Below, piece by piece: positions 9,901-21,200 of a stretch of DNA of 64,000 bases. The position numbers were made by a program, and so were the translations under genes. Source of the DNA: an uncultured virus (IMG/VR IMGVR_UViG_3300030329_003290) (taxonomy: Duplodnaviria > Heunggongvirae > Uroviricota > Caudoviricetes). The notes beneath the pieces are model-generated. The model did not search any database. It was given only the letters and a program-made list of their open reading frames with translations, and was not told the origin of the DNA. The DNA lies in the IMG/VR virus record IMGVR_UViG_3300030329_003290. One strand, given 5' to 3'. Positions within the stretch are counted from its first letter, which is position 1; each line of letters opens with the position of its first letter.

Positions 9901-12392
9901 ATTTTAAATTTTGGTATTTTAATTTTTGGAATTGGAATTTTTGGAACTTTAATTTTTGGTTTGGATTTTGGTTTTTCTTCACTGTCTCTTTCGAAGTCAC
10001 CACCACTCAGTTTTTTTCCACCTGACTTTTTTTCATCATCCTTATCTTTTTTATCAACTGGTTTTACACTACCCTTTTCTATAGCCTTATCTAAACTATC
10101 TTGATCATCATAATATCTTTTATCACCATCCTTAGTAACACCAACAAATGCTTCACCCAACATAAGTTTGTTTTTCCACCACTCTTTTGAGAATGTTTCT
10201 ACTACTTGAAATTCATTTGGTAAGTATGAATCCCCATCAGCACCAGCTGTCATCACACTACCAATCAAATTATCAATAGCAGCACTAGTACCCATCCAAC
10301 TTACAACATCCCAACCCAGAGGTTCTATTACATCACTCATCCATTTTTTATATTTATTTACAGCCCTATTAGAACCCTTTTCATTTCCATGATCTAAAAA
10401 AGTTAGTGGTACAGATTTGTAAGCATCCTTTATAGAATTTTTAGCACCGTCCCTTATGATATAATCTAAGACTGCCCAACCAGCATCTGCATATATAGAG
10501 TCTATCCATTCTTTTGATACTTTTACATACTCAGCATAATCTTTGTGAAATGTTGAAGGACCATCATCTAAATTACCCATTGAAGAAACAGTTGCTTCTA
10601 CCAAATACTCTTTTATCAAATCATCTGATAATGTATAAGTTTCAAACAATTTTCTGAATTTATTTGTCATCATATTATACACGCCTTTGTCAAAGTATCC
10701 AAATGCTTTTTTGAAAGTTTTTTGTCTAGCACTATCATCGTGTTTTGGGTTTCCCAATAAATCTCGCATTTTCGTACCACTCATACTTCCTTGTTGTGGT
10801 GCTGTAAGAAAATATCCGTGCTCTTCATATCCTTTTATATTACCTTTACTCTTTTTGTAATCTTGATAATAAGATAAGCCACCACTCTTCTTTTTACCAC
10901 TTCCTAATCTACCAGCATCTTTCTGTCCAAAAGCATAAACAACTGCTGTGGTATCAGCATTGAATTTTTTTAATAAGTTTTGAGCAACATAAGGTGTTTT
11001 TTCTTGTACAATTCTATTTTTAGGTATTCCCATTTTTACCATATGACGAACTTTTTCTTTGAAGTTCATTGGATGTCTAGGTGGCTGTTTTATATTAGAT
11101 GTAGTTATATAAGCTTCATCTACTTGTTTTGCTAACCACTTATATGTTGCCAAGTGTCCACTATGAAATGGTTGAAATCTACCACCGAATACACCGATGG
11201 TTTTTTTGATTTGTTTTTGTTCTTCTACTGGTTCATATCCTTTTTTCTTTTTGTTTTTCTTTGTTTGATGACCACCTGGATTTGGTTCACTGCCAGAATC
11301 ATCCCAATCATAAGTATCTGGTTCTGATATCTTACCCATATCACCAGCACCCATTGAACCTGCGTGGTGTGTATTAAATGTAGCAGTAGATTTATATGTT
11401 CCCTTAGCGGAATCTGGTTCTGCTTTTACTTTTTTAATTTTTCTTAACTGTTTGATTTTTGTAGGTAATCCTTCTTTTACAATCCTAAACTTTAAAGCTG
11501 GTCTTCCATTAATAAGCAAGTCTCCTTTTTCATTCCAACTTATATCTTTTACAACAACTTTTTTATTTTTGAATCTACCCATCATAATAGTATCACCTAC
11601 ATTTACTGGTAAATCCACATCTTCTTTTTGTAATATTTTTTGTTTCTTTATCCAATTCTTACCACGATAATTTTTTACGGGTTTTCTAATAAAATTACCA
11701 ATACCCTTTTTGACTAACATATTGAATTTTTTTGTTGCTTGTTTCGGTGATAAATGATTTGAATTATCAACCATAATAAAATTAGAGCCACCAAATAATC
11801 CTTGAAAGTAAATTTTGTTTGCCTGAACTTCTCTCCAAGATTTTTCTACTAACTCAGGATCTAATTTACGAGGTCTTTCCATATTTCTTTTTTGTGCAAC
11901 TTCTAATTCTGTATGAACAAAAACCATATAGGTATCGTAACCAATTTCTTCTAATTCTTTCTTTTGCTCTTTTATTTTTTTAAACTTATGTCCTGTACCA
12001 TCTATAATCATACCCAATCTACCATCCATGTATAATTTTTTACGGCTAGCAGTTAATTCTTTTGCTCTACCTCTCATTCCACTATAATCATCATATTTAG
12101 GATCAGTAAGTTGTCTAAATAACTCTTCTGGCATATCATCTAAATCTAAACCAAAACCATATTTCTTCAACATCCTTTCTAATTCTTTGTCTTGATTTAC
12201 CAATTTCAATCCATAAGCAGATACATTTACATTATCTGGTATACCATATATTTCACCAGCAACAAAAGATTTGCCGCTTCCTGGTCCTCCAGCAAGAAAT
12301 ACAGCTTTCAATATACCAGGATCGTTAATACCCTCTTCTATTACTTCATCTTCTAAAAAAGGTTTGATTAGATATTCTGTAAGTTTATTCAT
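6999..12392 (-). CDS. 1797-aa multi-enzyme protein: P-loop kinase + HxGH nucleotidyltransferase + ADP-ribosyltransferase-like + Pol-beta nucleotidyltransferase + KxDG ligase-like domain
   Basis: LAGGPGSGKS and IIDGT; FGGRFQPFHSGH and MSGTKMR; ERG..GFSTS..EGE; LTGSISNYNWSKFSDVDLH; EKTDGQN. Confidence 0.8.
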   Translation of the reverse strand: MNKLTEYLIKPFLEDEVIEEGINDPGILKAVFLAGGPGSGKSFVAGEIYGIPDNVNVSAYGLKLVNQDKELERMLKKYGFGLDLDDMPEELFRQLTDPKYDDYSGMRGRAKELTASRKKLYMDGRLGMIIDGTGHKFKKIKEQKKELEEIGYDTYMVFVHTELEVAQKRNMERPRKLDPELVEKSWREVQANKIYFQGLFGGSNFIMVDNSNHLSPKQATKKFNMLVKKGIGNFIRKPVKNYRGKNWIKKQKILQKEDVDLPVNVGDTIMMGRFKNKKVVVKDISWNEKGDLLINGRPALKFRIVKEGLPTKIKQLRKIKKVKAEPDSAKGTYKSTATFNTHHAGSMGAGDMGKISEPDTYDWDDSGSEPNPGGHQTKKNKKKKGYEPVEEQKQIKKTIGVFGGRFQPFHSGHLATYKWLAKQVDEAYITTSNIKQPPRHPMNFKEKVRHMVKMGIPKNRIVQEKTPYVAQNLLKKFNADTTAVVYAFGQKDAGRLGSGKKKSGGLSYYQDYKKSKGNIKGYEEHGYFLTAPQQGSMSGTKMRDLLGNPKHDDSARQKTFKKAFGYFDKGVYNMMTNKFRKLFETYTLSDDLIKEYLVEATVSSMGNLDDGPSTFHKDYAEYVKVSKEWIDSIYADAGWAVLDYIIRDGAKNSIKDAYKSVPLTFLDHGNEKGSNRAVNKYKKWMSDVIEPLGWDVVSWMGTSAAIDNLIGSVMTAGADGDSYLPNEFQVVETFSKEWWKNKLMLGEAFVGVTKDGDKRYYDDQDSLDKAIEKGSVKPVDKKDKDDEKKSGGKKLSGGDFERDSEEKPKSKPKIKVPKIPIPKIKIPKFKIKAPTISPEKLEKRRKEVERARNRPDRKPNVVDGVDVIRDKEDEKHFIDDFLLKGDSGVDKEEYDGKMRDQWEEQQKKRTPAERKQIKKDVASWKQLGGFEAIQDAIENGDITEEEIRERNERISEVSHTTITKVDRPIERGISVPNDVAEQILADFEEGEMVEIPDESGHGSSGFSTSAETARSFAGVDNDNPEQTSIVFRIEPNSNGEVRGAFIDGEPDESREDGYWGEGEITRSSKSKAKVKKVERTRLPNGKVVVTVTLQEPDDLSEIVVKEQKGKVNMISKKYLEGPLNPKPKKKNVKEDIKPDVINSFILRDSLNKKIWKDGKIKPEIRKKLLVIAKNFFDGLDLDSDVDLKDITLTGSISNYNWSKFSDVDLHLRLDFSQIDDDEEFVKNYFLAKKTIWNNEHDISIFGFPVEMYVENLGDVHIASGLYSILKDEWIVKPKKKELKIDLDDITSKAEGYLGSVSVLKDMMKKGKYDEVIKMVDKIKDRLKRMRSSGLAKGGEFSVENLAFKALRRSPFIATISDMKTDAYDKKMSMKERISIVNEVKLLVEGGAYGHLNHPFDNKNLTFSDFKTLIINTLQGNLDKEGPVTEKTDGQNIMISWKNGKLVAARNKGHIKNFGANSLDISGIRNMFSGRGDIEKAFVSAMTDLQKALKGLSKKQKDKIFAEGKKFMSLEVMYPATSNVIPYDKSLLQFHGTIEYDSAGSPIGEDRGSARMLAGMIKQINQNVQKTYSITKPFITQLPVVKNFAQRQSYFLGKLQKLQSIYKLTDSATLGDYHQAYWMEYIYNGAKQTDNPNPSNDVLMKLTKRWAFFDKSYKIPQIRKDLKEYPKFLDWVLSTDKMDHAKLQKKHIRDWEVLFFELGAEILKNMKDFIAANPTKAAQQIRKDLTKAINQVKKSKDPKVLSTLKTQLDRLNAIGGLKAVVPTEGITFVFKGKLYKYTGAFAPANQILGMLKFV

Positions 12393-12436
12393 AATTTCCT
12401 ATATTCCTATTCATATATAAATATAAAGTTTATAGA

Positions 12437-15400
12437 TTATGGGTCGAATGTAACTTCTACATTGAAACAAATATCTTTGATTGTTGCTGATGAGTTTGTA
12501 GAGCCACCCCCATTTTGCATAGTTACAACACCATTCAATCGGTCTCCAGCACTAAATGTATAAGTTCCGTAATCCCAAGTTGTAGCACCACTGTGATTAT
12601 TGGTATCATCTGTTGTAGTAGTAGTACTTACCGCTACTGAAGAACCATTTATATAAACTTTTGGTTTTACTGAAGTATCTGCTCCACTAGCACCAGCTGT
12701 AGTTTGTGAGACTATATCAAAAATCCAACCTATTCCTGTAACCGAACCAGCTCTAGTCATTATAATACCTTTATTACTGTCAAATGTTACAGAGTCCGGA
12801 CCAACTAAGTAAGTTGCTGTTTCGGCAGTACCAGCAGCACTTTCTAAACTTGCATCACGAGCAAACACAAAGTTTGAACTTCTTGGTCCAACTGGTGCTC
12901 CAGCATAATGAAATCCATCTGAAGCAGTAACCGATATATGGTTTGTATTAAATCTTATCAAGGTATCAGTATCGCCACTATGTATAATATCATTTCCAAC
13001 TTGTAAGTAAGCCATTGAGCCTGTTTTTGTAACTGAGAGATCTTGCATTGTTGAAAGGTCTCCATTTACCTGTACTTGTCTTAACGGACCCGAAACACTA
13101 CCTACCCATACATTACTTTCTATGACTGTGTTGTAATCAAGTGAGTTGTGAAGTGTAACTGCACCTCCACCTCTACCAGTATGTAGTCCAATAAATGGAG
13201 CAGCACTACCATCAGAATTTTCTGCAGCACCACCATCCAAGCCTTCACATATAGTAACAGAACCACTTAGTGCTGGGTTTAACCTTATAAATTCATAACT
13301 ATTTCCTATGGTATGAGCATCTGGTGCGCCACTACTATCATGATAGTTAATAAGTTCAAGTCCCCTTTGTCGGCCTTGAGGCATATGCCCGTATCTAATA
13401 ATACCCTGATCATCAGATATGTAGTCGAGTCCCATAGCTATTTGCATATCCGTTCCATCAGCACCAAATCGATTTGAAGCACCTTCAATAATCATTTGAT
13501 TATATGTTGTCTGTCCACGAAGAACTATTCCGCCTGATGCAGAAACAGCGTTGGTGTTACCCAATTCCAATCCGCCCATTTTAGCACCTTGCAAAGTAAT
13601 TTCACCCATCTGCGCTATTCGAGTACTTCCACTTGTAAATGTTATATCACCACTTAACTCCAGATCAGTTGCATTAACATCACCATTTAAAGCAACTCCA
13701 AAATTTGGTGTGGTTATTTGTATTGAACTACCTGAGATTTTAGCAGAAGATGCTGATATTGCACCAGCAGTATTTATTTGAAATGGTGCTTCATGACTAA
13801 CTACATTACCGACCGAAACCCTAACTGCCGCGTTGCCATCACGACCACCATCGGTTTCACTTCTTGCATCTAATTTTATTATACGATTAGCATCTAGTCC
13901 TAAACCCGCACCCATAACTATCTGTCCACTAGAACCTGAAACTATAAAGTTAGCAGTAGATGATTGTAATTTTCTGTCTGCAATATTGAAACCACCTACT
14001 GAACCCTCCACTGCATCAATTTTTCTAACCGTTATATCCCCATCAGGTGCTATATGAAACTTAGATGAACTTATTTCTATATTACCAGCAGCACCACTTA
14101 CAAATTGATTAGCACCACCTAAATAGAAAGTAGATGCGCTCATTACTAAATTAGTTCCATCAAATTGAACACGATTACCTGTTGAAGTTCCAATCAAAGC
14201 CCTTGACGCAGTAATAGACCCACTTATTTCCATTACTTTATTTTTAGTATCCAAATGAAATGCGCTTGAACTAATTTCTATATTGTTATTTGAACCACTT
14301 ACAAAATTTTGATTCAAATCACCAAGTAAAAATGTTGGAGCTTCTAATTTTATTTGAGAACCAGATAGAAATGCCACTTCACTCATTAATCCAAAACCAG
14401 TAAAATCGGCTGGTACATTTCTTGTACCCGCAACTCCACTCAAATCACCAACACGAGTTTTTAGTTCAACATCATATGGTTTTGAACCTGTTCTTTCTAC
14501 AATATCTATATATGGTGTTGCCTGATTATTTGGATTAGCATTTAATCTGATATATCCAGTACCAATTTTTCCTGTTGACGCAAATACTTGTCCAGGATGA
14601 TAAGAAGTTGATGCGCCACCAGTATCTCCTACCGAACCACTGTCTGTACCAGCACCAAATGAACTAGCAATAGATCTTGTAACATATATTCTACCGTAAA
14701 CATCTCCAGCACCTGAGTCTCCATCTAAAGAAGCACTATCTACTTGCATATATTCTGTTGTAAATCCTGTATCAGTAACTTTTTTAGCTATTAATATTTC
14801 ACCACTCTCAAATCCTGAAGCGTTAGCAACACTCATTGTCGTATCTGTTTTACTAGCAGTAAGTGAACCTGAAAGTGTTGTTGAATTTGCTACAAATAAT
14901 TGACCACCCACAGCATTTACAGATTCTTTTTCAAAGGTAGTTGTAGCCATCGTACCTCTTACTCTTATATTTTCAAATTCAGCATATCCATTTTCTTCAG
15001 CTGAAATAATAAATCCTGCTATATCGCTCTGATAATCTGATGACTTTACAGTACCAGCTTTATTCAATACTAAATTGCCACCAGTTATTGTAGAATCTCC
15101 AAGTGCCCATCCACCAATAGTACCACCGACAAAGTTTACATTTGAACCAGTTACATCTCCACCAGCCCTAACATTGAATTTAGAAGATGATATAAAATAT
15201 CCGCTCGTATCTGTAACAGAAGAACTAATAAAAAATGTATTTCCAGCAGTAAATGCATCATCTGATAATTCAAAAGCAGCTATTTTACCACCCGTAAATT
15301 TTACATTAGAACCCGTTATTTGTCCTGAAGCAGACATAACAAGACTCTTATTACTACTGTGTATTGCTACATCATTTACAGTAAATCCAGCTATAGACGC

Positions 15401-18010
15401 TGAAACAAATTTTGCAAATCCCGTTGAATTTATACTCGCACTAGCATTAGCTAATGTTGATGGGCTACCACCAATTGTAGCAGGTGTTTGTATATTATCA
15501 ACCGATAAATTACCCTGAACTGTAAGTTGTCCCGCATCAAATTGTAAATATTGTCCACCACTCTTGTCACCTAATAGAATAGCACTAGCAGTTACATCCC
15601 CCTCTGGTGTTATGTGCATTCCTGACGAACTTATTTCAATAGCACCACCAGAACCACTTATGAATTGTGTTGTAGTTTTACCCACAAAGAATGAATCTGC
15701 CTGTACATCAAATACACTTGGATTAGTTCTAAACTTTAATGAACCACTTTGTCCAATTAATTCTAAACCAACTCCAGCATAATTGTCACCACTATCTGGC
15801 AAAACCGAACCACTATAAATCATAAATCCATATGTTCCACCAAGAGAAGCATTAGAAGCTGATTTGAATCCTAAGTAACCAACCGACCTCATAAATCCTG
15901 AACCTTTAGCTCCTGATGCGCCTGTTTCAGGAAGTGTGGAAGATACACCACCAAAGTGCATTCCACTAGCAGTTGTATCTCCACCTATAAATAAATCACC
16001 ACTCATATTGTTATCATCACCTGTAATAACCATATTAGCACCTGTAAATAATGAACCACTATTGAAAGCAATAGAATCTGCTATGTTATTATTAGGATCA
16101 TAAAATTCAACCATAAACTCAAATGTTTCTGGACGCTTGTGTTGATATTCTGCTGGCATTTCCTTATCGAATTCAAAGAAAGATGGTGAAAATCCAGTAT
16201 CAACGGATGGTGTTATAGAAATATCTGATATAAACCAATTACCATCAATGACTCTAAATTGTAATATACCATCACCAGTTACATCTGCTGTAAATTCGTG
16301 AGTGACAAGTTTAAAATCTACTTCACTATCATCGACATCTTTTATTTCTAATTCACCAAGTCTCTTTCCATAAGCAGCTGTTTCTGTTATTGGGTTTTCT
16401 GTATGTTCATCTATCAATGGTACTGGTTGTTGATACATCGAAGAGCCAGATATATAAGGTACTAATAATGCTCTATTAGAAGTTCCCTTTTTACCATAAG
16501 CCACAAATGATAATGTATAATCTAAACCAGCAGTCAAATTAAACTTATAAGCATCTTTCAACTCAAACCTAAGTTGATTTTCAAATGTACTTAAACTTCC
16601 AGATAAATTTACTGCATCTAATACTGTATCGTTGTCGAAGTTCATAACTTCAGTTGAACTGACAGATAATCCATTAGTACTACCAAATTTTTGCCAATAG
16701 GTATTTATATCGGATTGATTTTCGAAGTATCCACTCCTTTCCCCTCTACCAACAGAGTTAGTATCTATCAATAATTCTGATGATTCTACAGGTACTTCTG
16801 ATAAAACTTTGAAGTCATCAAATGAGCCTTCAGGTCTAACATAAACTTTTGCCTTAAAAACATCACCTGAAAATGTTCTCATCTGAGATAACTTTACTTC
16901 AGCATAAGACATAATATTAGTAAGTGAATAAGAAGCAGTTATCTCTGGCATAAATACTGTTTGTGCTGTACCAAAGAAAGGTAAAACTATTTCTTCTCCA
17001 TCAGCATTAGTTTGTGTATATGGTTTTGTAACAAATGCTGTTTTACTATTTCCAATATCTTCTATTGAACTTGTATTGACAGATGAAAGTGTTGGTGGAA
17101 ATGTTAGTTTTAATTCTTGAAATTGTTCTTCATTATACTTAGTCGTATCAATAGACTTTAATATTATATCACCATCAATTTGCTTTGTAGTAAAATTATG
17201 GTCGGTACCAGGTATTCTATAACTGTATGGGAATTCTTCTGGTGAACTTCTTTTAGCTATATGTCCAGCTCTTTTGAATATACTAAATCTTCTTTTACCT
17301 TTTTTGTTCTTAAAAGACTTTTTCATTCTGTTGAATTTGCCAGTTTTATTTTTAGACTGAACAATCTTCGTAGAAGTTTCTGCTAAAGCACCTTGTTTCG
17401 GTTCTTCTGTACTAAAGGGGTTAAAACTAAATCCGTCTTGTGGTATACCCTCAACAGTAAATGTGGAACTACTGATTGAAGCAGTCGAATCAGTTCTAAC
17501 CATCGTTCCAAGTCTTCTTTCAGTAACACTAATTTTTGGTTGTGTGTAAAATCTAATTGGTTGTGTGTTGATGGCTACTGGATTTATTATAACTTCACGA
17601 GTCAATCTCACATTATATGCACCTTGAAATTCTGCTGGTACTGGTTCAGTATCAGAAAATAAACCAGGACCTGTAGGTACTTCATCTAACTCACCAACTA
17701 TAATAATATTAGCAGGACCAGGTGCGGTATCACTATAAACCTCTACTGATATTCTTCTTGAAGTACCCTCTAAATAATCAGCTACGGGTTCTGTGTATAT
17801 TGAATTACCCTCACTATCGACAAAATCTATAAGTAAGTCTATGCCCTCTTTCATATATGGACCTGTCTCTATAAGGAAAGAACTTTTTCCTTGTGGCAGA
17901 CTTTCTGGCATATCTGAAATAACGATATGTGTCGATTGATTTAAATCATCAATCAATACATCTAGTTCATCTAAGTCTTTTAGTGGATTATATCTCTTTA
18001 CGACACTCAT
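12437..18010 (-). CDS. Large virion structural protein, tail fibre/baseplate-attached
   Basis: 1857 aa, Gly/Ser/Thr-rich, repeated FxSGSxGxIEISSSxxH and GGxIGG/IAGF beta-strand units. Confidence 0.7.
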   Translation of the reverse strand: MSVVKRYNPLKDLDELDVLIDDLNQSTHIVISDMPESLPQGKSSFLIETGPYMKEGIDLLIDFVDSEGNSIYTEPVADYLEGTSRRISVEVYSDTAPGPANIIIVGELDEVPTGPGLFSDTEPVPAEFQGAYNVRLTREVIINPVAINTQPIRFYTQPKISVTERRLGTMVRTDSTASISSSTFTVEGIPQDGFSFNPFSTEEPKQGALAETSTKIVQSKNKTGKFNRMKKSFKNKKGKRRFSIFKRAGHIAKRSSPEEFPYSYRIPGTDHNFTTKQIDGDIILKSIDTTKYNEEQFQELKLTFPPTLSSVNTSSIEDIGNSKTAFVTKPYTQTNADGEEIVLPFFGTAQTVFMPEITASYSLTNIMSYAEVKLSQMRTFSGDVFKAKVYVRPEGSFDDFKVLSEVPVESSELLIDTNSVGRGERSGYFENQSDINTYWQKFGSTNGLSVSSTEVMNFDNDTVLDAVNLSGSLSTFENQLRFELKDAYKFNLTAGLDYTLSFVAYGKKGTSNRALLVPYISGSSMYQQPVPLIDEHTENPITETAAYGKRLGELEIKDVDDSEVDFKLVTHEFTADVTGDGILQFRVIDGNWFISDISITPSVDTGFSPSFFEFDKEMPAEYQHKRPETFEFMVEFYDPNNNIADSIAFNSGSLFTGANMVITGDDNNMSGDLFIGGDTTASGMHFGGVSSTLPETGASGAKGSGFMRSVGYLGFKSASNASLGGTYGFMIYSGSVLPDSGDNYAGVGLELIGQSGSLKFRTNPSVFDVQADSFFVGKTTTQFISGSGGAIEISSSGMHITPEGDVTASAILLGDKSGGQYLQFDAGQLTVQGNLSVDNIQTPATIGGSPSTLANASASINSTGFAKFVSASIAGFTVNDVAIHSSNKSLVMSASGQITGSNVKFTGGKIAAFELSDDAFTAGNTFFISSSVTDTSGYFISSSKFNVRAGGDVTGSNVNFVGGTIGGWALGDSTITGGNLVLNKAGTVKSSDYQSDIAGFIISAEENGYAEFENIRVRGTMATTTFEKESVNAVGGQLFVANSTTLSGSLTASKTDTTMSVANASGFESGEILIAKKVTDTGFTTEYMQVDSASLDGDSGAGDVYGRIYVTRSIASSFGAGTDSGSVGDTGGASTSYHPGQVFASTGKIGTGYIRLNANPNNQATPYIDIVERTGSKPYDVELKTRVGDLSGVAGTRNVPADFTGFGLMSEVAFLSGSQIKLEAPTFLLGDLNQNFVSGSNNNIEISSSAFHLDTKNKVMEISGSITASRALIGTSTGNRVQFDGTNLVMSASTFYLGGANQFVSGAAGNIEISSSKFHIAPDGDITVRKIDAVEGSVGGFNIADRKLQSSTANFIVSGSSGQIVMGAGLGLDANRIIKLDARSETDGGRDGNAAVRVSVGNVVSHEAPFQINTAGAISASSAKISGSSIQITTPNFGVALNGDVNATDLELSGDITFTSGSTRIAQMGEITLQGAKMGGLELGNTNAVSASGGIVLRGQTTYNQMIIEGASNRFGADGTDMQIAMGLDYISDDQGIIRYGHMPQGRQRGLELINYHDSSGAPDAHTIGNSYEFIRLNPALSGSVTICEGLDGGAAENSDGSAAPFIGLHTGRGGGAVTLHNSLDYNTVIESNVWVGSVSGPLRQVQVNGDLSTMQDLSVTKTGSMAYLQVGNDIIHSGDTDTLIRFNTNHISVTASDGFHYAGAPVGPRSSNFVFARDASLESAAGTAETATYLVGPDSVTFDSNKGIIMTRAGSVTGIGWIFDIVSQTTAGASGADTSVKPKVYINGSSVAVSTTTTTDDTNNHSGATTWDYGTYTFSAGDRLNGVVTMQNGGGSTNSSATIKDICFNVEVTFDP

Positions 18011-18076
18011 ATCTATAAATATAAAACCGATAAAAAATAATACTTATTATATATACAACATATGGAGATTATCGGT

Positions 18077-18250
18077 ATGAAAAAGAAATATTCGTTTACT
18101 ATAGAAGAATCGCTAATGGATTGGTTCAGAATATATGTTAGAGAAGAAAGCACCACGATGAGCGCTGTCTTGAACCAGTATGTTTTGAATTTAAAGAGGG
18201 GACAAATAAAACCTAAGAAAATAATGTATTCTAATCAAACATCACATTAG
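18077..18250 (+). CDS. Ribbon-helix-helix (CopG/Arc-like) DNA-binding protein
   Basis: MKKKYSFTIEESLMDWF...TTMSAVLNQYV fits beta-alpha-alpha pattern; GGAG RBS before ATG 18077. Confidence 0.7.
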   Translation: MKKKYSFTIEESLMDWFRIYVREESTTMSAVLNQYVLNLKRGQIKPKKIMYSNQTSH

Positions 18251-21200
18251 AAAAAGTATTTTCTTTCTTTATTTCTAATAAAGTATCTACAGCATCTCGC
18301 ATAGAATCTATGTGTGAGACAATCATTGTGAATTGAAATTGTGATTTGAGATATTGAAATAAGTTATAAACAGAGTTTAGATTGTCCGAATCCATAGTTC
18401 CCCAACCCTCATCAATTGCCAGAAAGTTAGGTGCTGGTAGATTAGATACATTTATCAATCCCACACGCATAGCTAGAGAGGAGATAAATCGTTCCATACC
18501 GCTACTTAGTTCAAGAGGCCATACATTGTCATCATCATACACTATGTAACAATTAATATTCTTACCATCCATTTCTAATATCATAGAAAAGTCTACAATT
18601 TGAGAAAGTATATCATTTACGGCACCCTCAATTGTCGGAATTGCTTTTGATATAAGTTCATAAGGTATACCATCTCTTTTTACAGCATCCATATAATACT
18701 GATAAGCAGCATACTTATCTTCCAACTTTTCTACTTTTTTGATATTAGACATTATATTTCTACGATTAGTCTCTAATACTTTTATTTCACCATTTACAGA
18801 TTGAAGTTTTTTATCTAATTCTTCTATGGTTTGTTCTAATGATTCACTTTCATTTTCCATCTCATCTATTTCTTTTTGTAAACCAATATTATATTGTATA
18901 TCTTTTTCTTGTTCGTGATATAGATTTATTTTATCTTCAATAATAGCTAATTGACTAATAAGATTTTTCTTTTTCTCTTTAGTAAGCTTTTGATTACTGT
19001 CAACTTTACTGATATTAGCAGTTAGTAAACTAAAACTTTGAATACACTCATCCATTTGTTCTTTATGTTTCGTAATATGCGCTAAGCCATTTATAATTGT
19101 TTCCAATGAATCTGATTGTTTTACGAACTTATCTGCAAGCTTTTTATCTTCATTCAATTTCTTTTCAGTTTCCATAGCATCTAAAGTAAATGGATTACTC
19201 ATACAATAAGAACAGCTTGAGTCATATTCTAAATTACCCAACTTATTTATCTTATCAAGTTTGTTCTGCACTTCTATTTTTAGCTTATCTATCTCAATCT
19301 GATTATTTCTTTTTTCTAAAGTGTATTGTTCTAATTGGGCAAATTTTTTATCTATCTCATTTTCTTTATAGATATTTATTTTTTCAGTTAGTTCCGTTTC
19401 TTCAACTTTATATTGTTCTGAAAGAGTTTTTAGTTTACCAACTTTTGTATCAGCATCTGACAATTCATTGATTAGTCTATTTTTTTCTTCTTCTAACTCT
19501 GATATATTTAGAGCAGAGTTATCCACTTTTTTTAATTTTTTAGTTAATGAAATTATCAATTTATCTACTTCTTTTTTATCATCAACATTTTCTTTCTTTT
19601 CTTTTGATAGAGATCTAGAATCTTTTCTTAGTTCAGTTAGTGATTCTTTTATATCTGCCAGTTCTGTATCATAGTTATTATTTTTGAAAGACTTTAATAA
19701 CGAACTGACATCGTGTATCTCTTCAGCAGCTAAACCATATAATTGGTCAAATACACCAATACCCATAAATTGTGCTAATAAATCTTTTCTTTCTTTTTGT
19801 GTCTTATCAATAAAGACAGTTGAATTGGATTGTAAAGAAAGTGCAGTCATAATAAAATCTTCATAAGTACCGATAACCTTACGGATATTTACATCCGTTG
19901 TTCGTCTTTGGTCTCCATTCAAAGATAGTTTTTCTCCCGCATCATCGAATGTCCAAAAATCTACATCAACTTTTACATGACCATTTCGAAGTTTTTTACC
20001 TTTTCTTTCTATAAAATATTCACAGCCATCAACTTCCAATGTGGCTTTACAATAAAAATTATTCTTTTTACTATTTAGAACATTAGATGCTTTATAAGCT
20101 CTTGATGATGTGTCGAATAAACAAAATGATAAAGAGTCTAATAAAGAAGATTTACCACTTGCATTTGGAGCAAATATTCCAACAATACCATTTAGTTTTG
20201 TGAAATCAACTACATTGTTTTCTCCGTAACTAAACATATTATCAAACTCAAACTTTTTTACATCCCAAGTAATACCTCTATTTACATCATCTGCTGGTAA
20301 AAAAGTATTTAGTTCTTTGTTTATTTTCTTTATATCTAATAGAGTCTCACTATCTACAAAGTGATTTGTTTTTAAATACTCTTCTATCAACCCATATTGA
20401 TAATCAGCATCTCTAACATCACCTACTGTAATTCTTTGTCCTCTTACTTTTTCTTGTGATGTTAGTGAATCTGTTCTTGTAACAGAAACTTCTTTTATAC
20501 CATATGTGCTATGAATCATAGTCATAGCTTTTTTCAATTGTGATGGTGTTGTATTAGATACCCTAACTCTCAATCTAGCTTTTTTGGGAATATCAGGACA
20601 GTCTGGCACCTTTCCATTATCAATGTCAATAGTATAATAGCCGTAGTCATTTGGTATTTCTATATACTCAGATTTTCTCTTTGCTACATCCCATAATAGG
20701 TATCCGTGTGATAAACCCTCTCCGTGGTTCTGTTGAACCAAGCTACCACAATAGGATATAGTCCCTTTCTTATCTAGGTGTTGTCTTTTGTGGATATCTC
20801 CAAGCAACCCCAAATCATAACCTTTGAACTTAGATATTTTCACATCAGATGGTAAGTGAAAACCTAAGTCTGTTTCTGACTTATCCACTGTTCCGTGAAA
20901 GAGAACTATCTTTGTTTTACCGTCAATATCTTTAGCCTCAATGTAGTCGTCTTCCTTTTCCCATACATCCCATACAACAAATTTTACATCAGCACATTTA
21001 TACACACCACTATGTTTTAGGTAATGTAATTGTGAATGTTGTAGGTTATTTACAATTGGGGAAAGTACATCCATTCTAGATCGATTATTTAGATTACAAT
21101 CGTGATTTCCCGCGATTAATATCGTAGGACAGATGTCTGCCAGATTCTTAAATAATCGTGAGAGTTGGTCGACTAACTCGGGTGACATTTCGGTTTTTGA

